This document shows positions 57,851 to 64,000 of a stretch of DNA of 64,000 nucleotides, in pieces. A model generated the notes under the pieces. It had not been told where the DNA came from. It saw nothing but the letters and a program-made list of their open reading frames with translations, and searched no databases. The stretch lies in the NCBI RefSeq assembly GCF_009914755.1, contig NC_060947.1; one strand, written 5' to 3'. A program made the position numbers and the translations under genes. The stretch is from the human T2T-CHM13v2.0 reference genome, Homo sapiens. The stretch's first letter is position 1. Each line of letters starts with the position of its first letter.

Positions 57851-60141
57851 CACAATCCAGATAGAACAGTGTTATCTGTTTTAATTTAGCAGTTTATTTC
57901 TTTAAGTATCTACCCAATTTCTTGAGCCTTTTCCCTGCTTAAGAATGATCCACCACAAAAGTGAAGAGGATAACAATGCAGGTGGCTATTTGCCAAATGG
58001 ATGTAATAAAACCTGACTCTGCTAACTTCACAGGGTTCTGTGAAGATCAAAAGTGATAACGAACAGAGCTCATTACAAAGTTAGAACGTGTTATAAAAAT
58101 GTAAGGGCTTATCTCTCTAGTTTCAGGTTTCCTGGTGAAGTGAATAATAAAACTAACTACAGCCAAATTTGGAAGTGAATAAAGTTTGTCTTTGATCTTC
58201 TCTCTCCCGGCCCCGATGCCCTCATGATGTAACTCCCAAAGCCAGGGAAAGCCTAACCAGGGCCTTGTTCTGCCAACTCTTTTTCCTTTTCTTTTTGCTA
58301 AACTCGTGTCAAGCTTTTGGTCTCTCCTGGAGATCCTGCTCTCGATTAAATGACAGGGGGTGCTAAATGAGCAACTCAGATAAGTGAATTTCTTAAAACC
58401 TATTTACTATACATTATCTTTGTCTCCGATTAGCTTACTATGCCTTAACACTGGCTAAATATCAATATTAACAAAATTCTTTATGAAGTCGCCCTTACTA
58501 GGGGGTAGCATTTGGAGGTAGATGGCCTCTTAATCAGTTTATCCTTTCAGAGACTGAACACTTCTTGGAAACTCCTTCTGTTGAATGTACAATGCCGCAG
58601 TTTTCTGCTCTAGTTATTTTATTATAAGCCAGGGATCTATTACATGAGCATTCCTAGAACGCCTATAAATCTCTTCCCTCTCCCCCAACCCATGTGTGCA
58701 CACCTTTAAAAATAATAAGAAAACAAAGAAGCTCCAATCAGTAACAGCATTGCAATGTTCAATTTCATCCCTTATATATTACATTGGGATTATAATTAAA
58801 TCGTTAAAATGCATTGCTAATCTGTAAATCTGGACTAATTAGCATAAGTGCACTCCGTAATTACTAAGCACAGGGCGTGTGCTTGTGACTTGCATAGACT
58901 TTTGGACTATTAAGCCTGTCTGAATGCTACTCCCCACGTGATGGCTCAGGAGCTTCCAAAGGAGCTTTCGCCAATTTTGTTCTGTATACCAGGATAGTGA
59001 TATTGGTTTTACTTCAAAAAAGAAGCAGGTAATAGGCTCACACAGGTCACTACTAGATCTCCAATAAGCTCTCTTAACCCGTTTTTGTTTTGTTTGTTTT
59101 CCCTCTGGATCTAGTCTGAGATATTCTAGCTCCATCTTTTGGAATAAAATATAAAATATGGACTTACTGATAGGATCATTATTCTGGAATCTTTCTGAGA
59201 AAATTATCATAAAAGATAATTTAGTCAGCTGGTAACTTCACTTGCCTAAATGGCCTTCAATCTTTCATCACCCAGATAATGTTGGGGGATGCTACAGTCA
59301 CAGGTTTATTGCATTGAGAGTGGATGGATTTTGTTTGCTTTCATGCCATTAAATTTCAGTATATCATTATTGTTCTAGGATGTAGCCATTCCTGGACACA
59401 TCCAAGAATTTTTGACAGATATGCAATGTATTGTGCACTGCACAGCTACATTGTGACATAAGTGTCCACATCCTCATTAGTTAGCCATGCCTTGCCCCTC
59501 CCTTGCATTACTCTGTACTGCACGCTCTTCTCTGGAGCCATAGGATTTGCTTACAGGTGCTTATTCCCCTTCACCAGGGTCCTAATTCACCAGCCTCCAC
59601 ATCCCTGATCACAAAACTGAATGGGAAGAAAGCCTTCTCTTCTTTCTTCCTGTCTACCTTTTGTCATCTCCTACATTGGTATTCTTCTGTCCTCTCTCTA
59701 GGCTCATGGTCTGGCAATGGGCTTTGGGGGAGACAGTAAGGTAACATGGAGATCCTCACAAGTTGGAAATAGCTCAATACCTCATCCTGCCCTCTGCCCA
59801 AAGGTTACTGGATGGGTAAAGTGAGATTTTAAAACTTGGTTTATTTTCTTCCAAAACATCACCAATAACTAGGGAATCCTCTCCACCACTTCCTCCAAAA
59901 GAAGAAATTACAATGGAGGGGAAAAGTGGGCTTTGGGAGTAGTAAGATGCTAAATACAACTTCTAAATTCAGAAGCAATAGACTTCCCTAAATTCCCCCT
60001 AAACTGACCAGCCAATGTGCTCCTTCCTTTCTTATATCTAAAAGGCTCCTTCTAACACTGTTCCTACAAGATCTTTGGGACCAATAAGCACCTTGATTAG
60101 TTTTGGCTGTTATCAGATGTGGTCCCTTCCTATAGCCTTCA

Positions 60142-60558
<417 letters not shown>

Positions 60559-61521
60559 CTACAGGGTGGGAGTAGATTCATCCTGGCATTTCCCCCTCTC
60601 CCTTCCCTTTATTCAAACAAGTAGCTCTTTGCTTACTCTCAGGAGAGGTGTGCGGCAGAGTAAAAAACATAACTAGCTGGCAAATCATTCTGGTTTTTAA
60701 GTTCCCAAAGCTGAAACACTTAGGAGAAAGGGATTCTCTGGTAAAAACAAAATGTCTTAGCCTGAAGTATGAATGAAGACCATTTTCCCCAATTTGGGGG
60801 AAGTAAGATAGGAGAGAGGAGTGCTCTCTACCCTACTTCTTCACCCTGCCTGCAGGGCAGCAGCAAGATGCCAGAGAGTGAGATCTACGGGTCTGCCGAA
60901 AAGAGGAATCCAGAACTCCCAACTTTCTGGTTACAAGTGAGGAAACAGCAAGTCCTTACAGAAGAAAATGCAACACAGACCCCAAATGATGGATGAGATG
61001 TTGGCTGAGTGCACACCTACTAAGACCTCATCCTCCCTCCTCACCTCCCCTCCGCTGCCAGGAACGCTTTTCAGTTCAGAAAGGCTTTGTCATTTCAAGT
61101 AGGAATCTACACTGTCAGTGTAAGTTTGTAGTGAATACTCTCCACTAGGACCTCAAAAATATGGGTGTAGTCTTCTGTCTCTTAACTAGGTGCACTGCTT
61201 ATGGGTGTTTCTCAGTCCAAGGGACAAGAAGAGACAAATATCCCACATTTCAGACAGGAAGTACCAAAAAAGCAGAGACAAACCATGAGACATAGACAAA
61301 ATCTGTACATTGCAAGATTCTTTCTAATCTTAATGTGTCAGTTCATTTTAAATTTCTTATTTGGTATAAAATATTCATTTTTGAATTTTGTTTTTTAAAA
61401 TATGTATAATTTATGTTGGAATCTAGTATTGAGTAGCTTTTAAATTCTAAAAGATTAGTGAAAAGTACATTGTATAAGAAAATAGGAAATGTTTTCAGTT
61501 TACCTTAATATTAAAAAATGC

Positions 61522-61830
61522 GGCTGGGTGCAGTGGCTCACGCCTGTAATCCCAGCACTTTGGGAGGCTGAGGCGGGCAGATCACAAGGTCAGGAGTTTG
61601 AGACCATCCTGGCCAACATGGTGAAACCCCATCTCTACCAAAAACACAAAAATTAGCCAGGCTTGTTGGCGCGCTCCTGTAATCCCAGCTACTCAGGAGG
61701 CTCAGGCAGGAGAATCAGAGAATCGCTTGAACCCAGGAGGTGAAGGTTGCAGTGAGCCAAGATCGCACCACTGCACTCCAGCCTAGGCGACAGAGAGAGA
61801 CTGTCTTAATAAAAAAATAAAAAATAAAAA
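61522..61830 (+). mobile_element. AluS element
   Basis: Full Alu; TSD aaaaaatgc; small internal duplication gagaatcagagaatc. Confidence 0.95.
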
Positions 61831-63045
61831 AAATGCAATTTTGTGCAGTACCTACAGAAAGCAAAATTGGGAACGAGGGCATAGCATATTTAATCTGATG
61901 CAAGGATTAGATTTCTGCCCTTAAACACAATACTTAAAGCTTTATGTAAATGAAATATAAACCATGGAATCTCAGTAGAAATTGCTATAATTCTAAAAAT
62001 GTCCTCTTTTATAAATTGTAGAAGAAACAGATAATCTGGGAAAGTTTCAAATCTACAGAAAAAGTCAACTTAAAGCTTCTGAAAAAATTTTAAAGATGTA
62101 TTTTTTTCAGGAATTACTATATTTTAATATAATCTGGTTCTATTTTCTTACATTTTTAATTGGCTTTTAGCAGTTTGAATTCATATAGCAATAAGGTATT
62201 TATCCAGAAGCCTCTAAGAAACTGAAATTCTACAACGGTAATGTATACAATTAAAAGAAAGATACTGGTACATATATGCAAAGTAAAATCAGAGTGATGA
62301 GCCAGGAATCAAAAGAGGGTTTGGGGGCAAAACCTTCAGAACTTATATTTACAAGTACTGCTTTTATTAATTATATGGAATTCTAGGTATCATCTTGATT
62401 TCCAGCAGGAAGAGTAAAGACTATGAATATCACTGCATTAAAATAATACTAATTAGAAAAATCATGTCATAAACTGCAAACTGGTTATCAGTACATAGTA
62501 TGATATACATAGTTTTTAAGGAATCATTGCAATGTTATGAAAAAGAGAAGAACATGTAGCTCAGAAAATAAGAAGTTAAGAAGTTTTAAGATAAATATAG
62601 AATTCAGTAGAGTTCAACTGAATATGTGAAAATGTGAGGTTCTAATGTTACTAGAAATTAAATAATACGAGTCAGAATTATTCAGCCAAAAATCAAATAA
62701 TCATGTACCATTATACATGAAACAGAACCTTGAAAACAGCATCTGAATTTTTACTGCCAGAGCCAGAGATTTAGGTGTGGAGGCTGACTGGATTTTCATT
62801 CATGACCCTGATGGGACATCCTGAACCCTATTTATGTTGTTTTAAGAGTGATTCCATAACCTCAGGGGGTGAAGTAGTCAGTGATTTAGCTCATTCCCCC
62901 GGGTTATATTAAACAGAACCTTGAAAACTGAGCATCTGAATCTTTTTATCATCTCCGTCTAGACAGGTAAGGGGACTCCTCCATTTTCTTTGATTCCTAC
63001 CTCCACCGGGAAAAGCCTTCACTTTCTGAAAACTAAGAAATATCA

Positions 63046-63373
<328 letters not shown>

Positions 63374-63449
63374 CTACTAAAAGACAAAGCCTTCAAATTG
63401 AAAGCAAACAAATAATTGAATGAAGATATCAGATACTTATTTAACCATA

Positions 63450-63920
63450 CAGAATGAGGAGTTATGGATGATTCGGATAAAGAAAGCTGACCATACATTC
63501 TTAGTGGGATGCAGCTAGGAACAAAAAGAACTGTATAGAAAATCTTGAACTTTACTTTGTAGGTTTATTGTTTAATATTATATTGTTATTTTTAAACAAT
63601 TCTTTTTTTAACCAGATTAATCAAATAAGTAACTATATTTACTGTGTTCAAAATCAAAAATTTAGGAATTCTGCACCATAAGAGATAAATGTAAAATAAC
63701 AATATGAAAAAAGAAAAATCACAAACCTTTTCTAGCTCTGTTCATTGAAATGAGCCAAGAGCAGTGATACCCATACAGTGCCCCCTTAGCATTCAGATTC
63801 TGGTCTCTGATACTATTCTTTCACTGAAAGGAACCATGACTCCTTCAAACATGAGTGATTCCATGTCTGGGGCAGAAAGGTACAAGGGGAGCGGGGAAAA
63901 TATGATTGTACCAGAAAGCA
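63450..63920 (+). mobile_element. L1MC (MC3/4-like) 3'UTR remnant
   Basis: gaactttact..gtaggttt...tagctctgttcattgaaa...cagatt.tggtctct.atactattct..cact.aaaggaacca...tgattcca..tctggggcag. Confidence 0.65.
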
Positions 63921-64000
63921 ACAAAACTTTCAATGAGTAGTGGGTCATGTTATAAGGAATGGAGCAAAAGTTTTTAAAGTCTTCCACATTAAAAAGAAAA

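Noticed and set aside
58495-58511. CTCF-like ttactagggggtagca (also partial matches at ~12384 and ~63779)
   Set aside because: Mismatches at high-information positions.

Overview
This window is primate (human-like) non-coding genomic DNA. It is AT-rich, CpG-depleted and dominated by interspersed repeats: L1, Alu, MIR, L2, MaLR/ERVL LTRs, and hAT and Tigger DNA elements. I found no credible protein-coding gene, RNA gene or CRISPR array; the ORF track consists of L1 ORF2, THE1-int, Alu and microsatellite frames plus chance ORFs. Two deeply nested retroelement clusters can be taken apart using target-site duplications (TSDs): about 10.2-27.2 kb and about 48.3-53.4 kb. They contain an apparently full-length L1MA-type element with its 5'UTR (carrying a strong CTCF motif), an intact THE1 provirus and an old twin-primed, 5'-inverted L1. 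The most unusual signal is a 167-bp, ~98% identical local copy of an old L1 segment (26454-26620) pasted 4.2 kb away into an L2 remnant (30662-30828), with no poly(A) and no TSD. Two further small inserts are flanked by direct repeats (~2.1 kb and ~62.7 kb). Unique stretches near 8.2-9.0, 39.0-39.5 and 58.3-59.0 kb look regulatory or exon-like but cannot be confirmed from sequence. I did not find a convincing new biological system. Subfamily names come from recalled consensus features and need RepeatMasker/Dfam confirmation.
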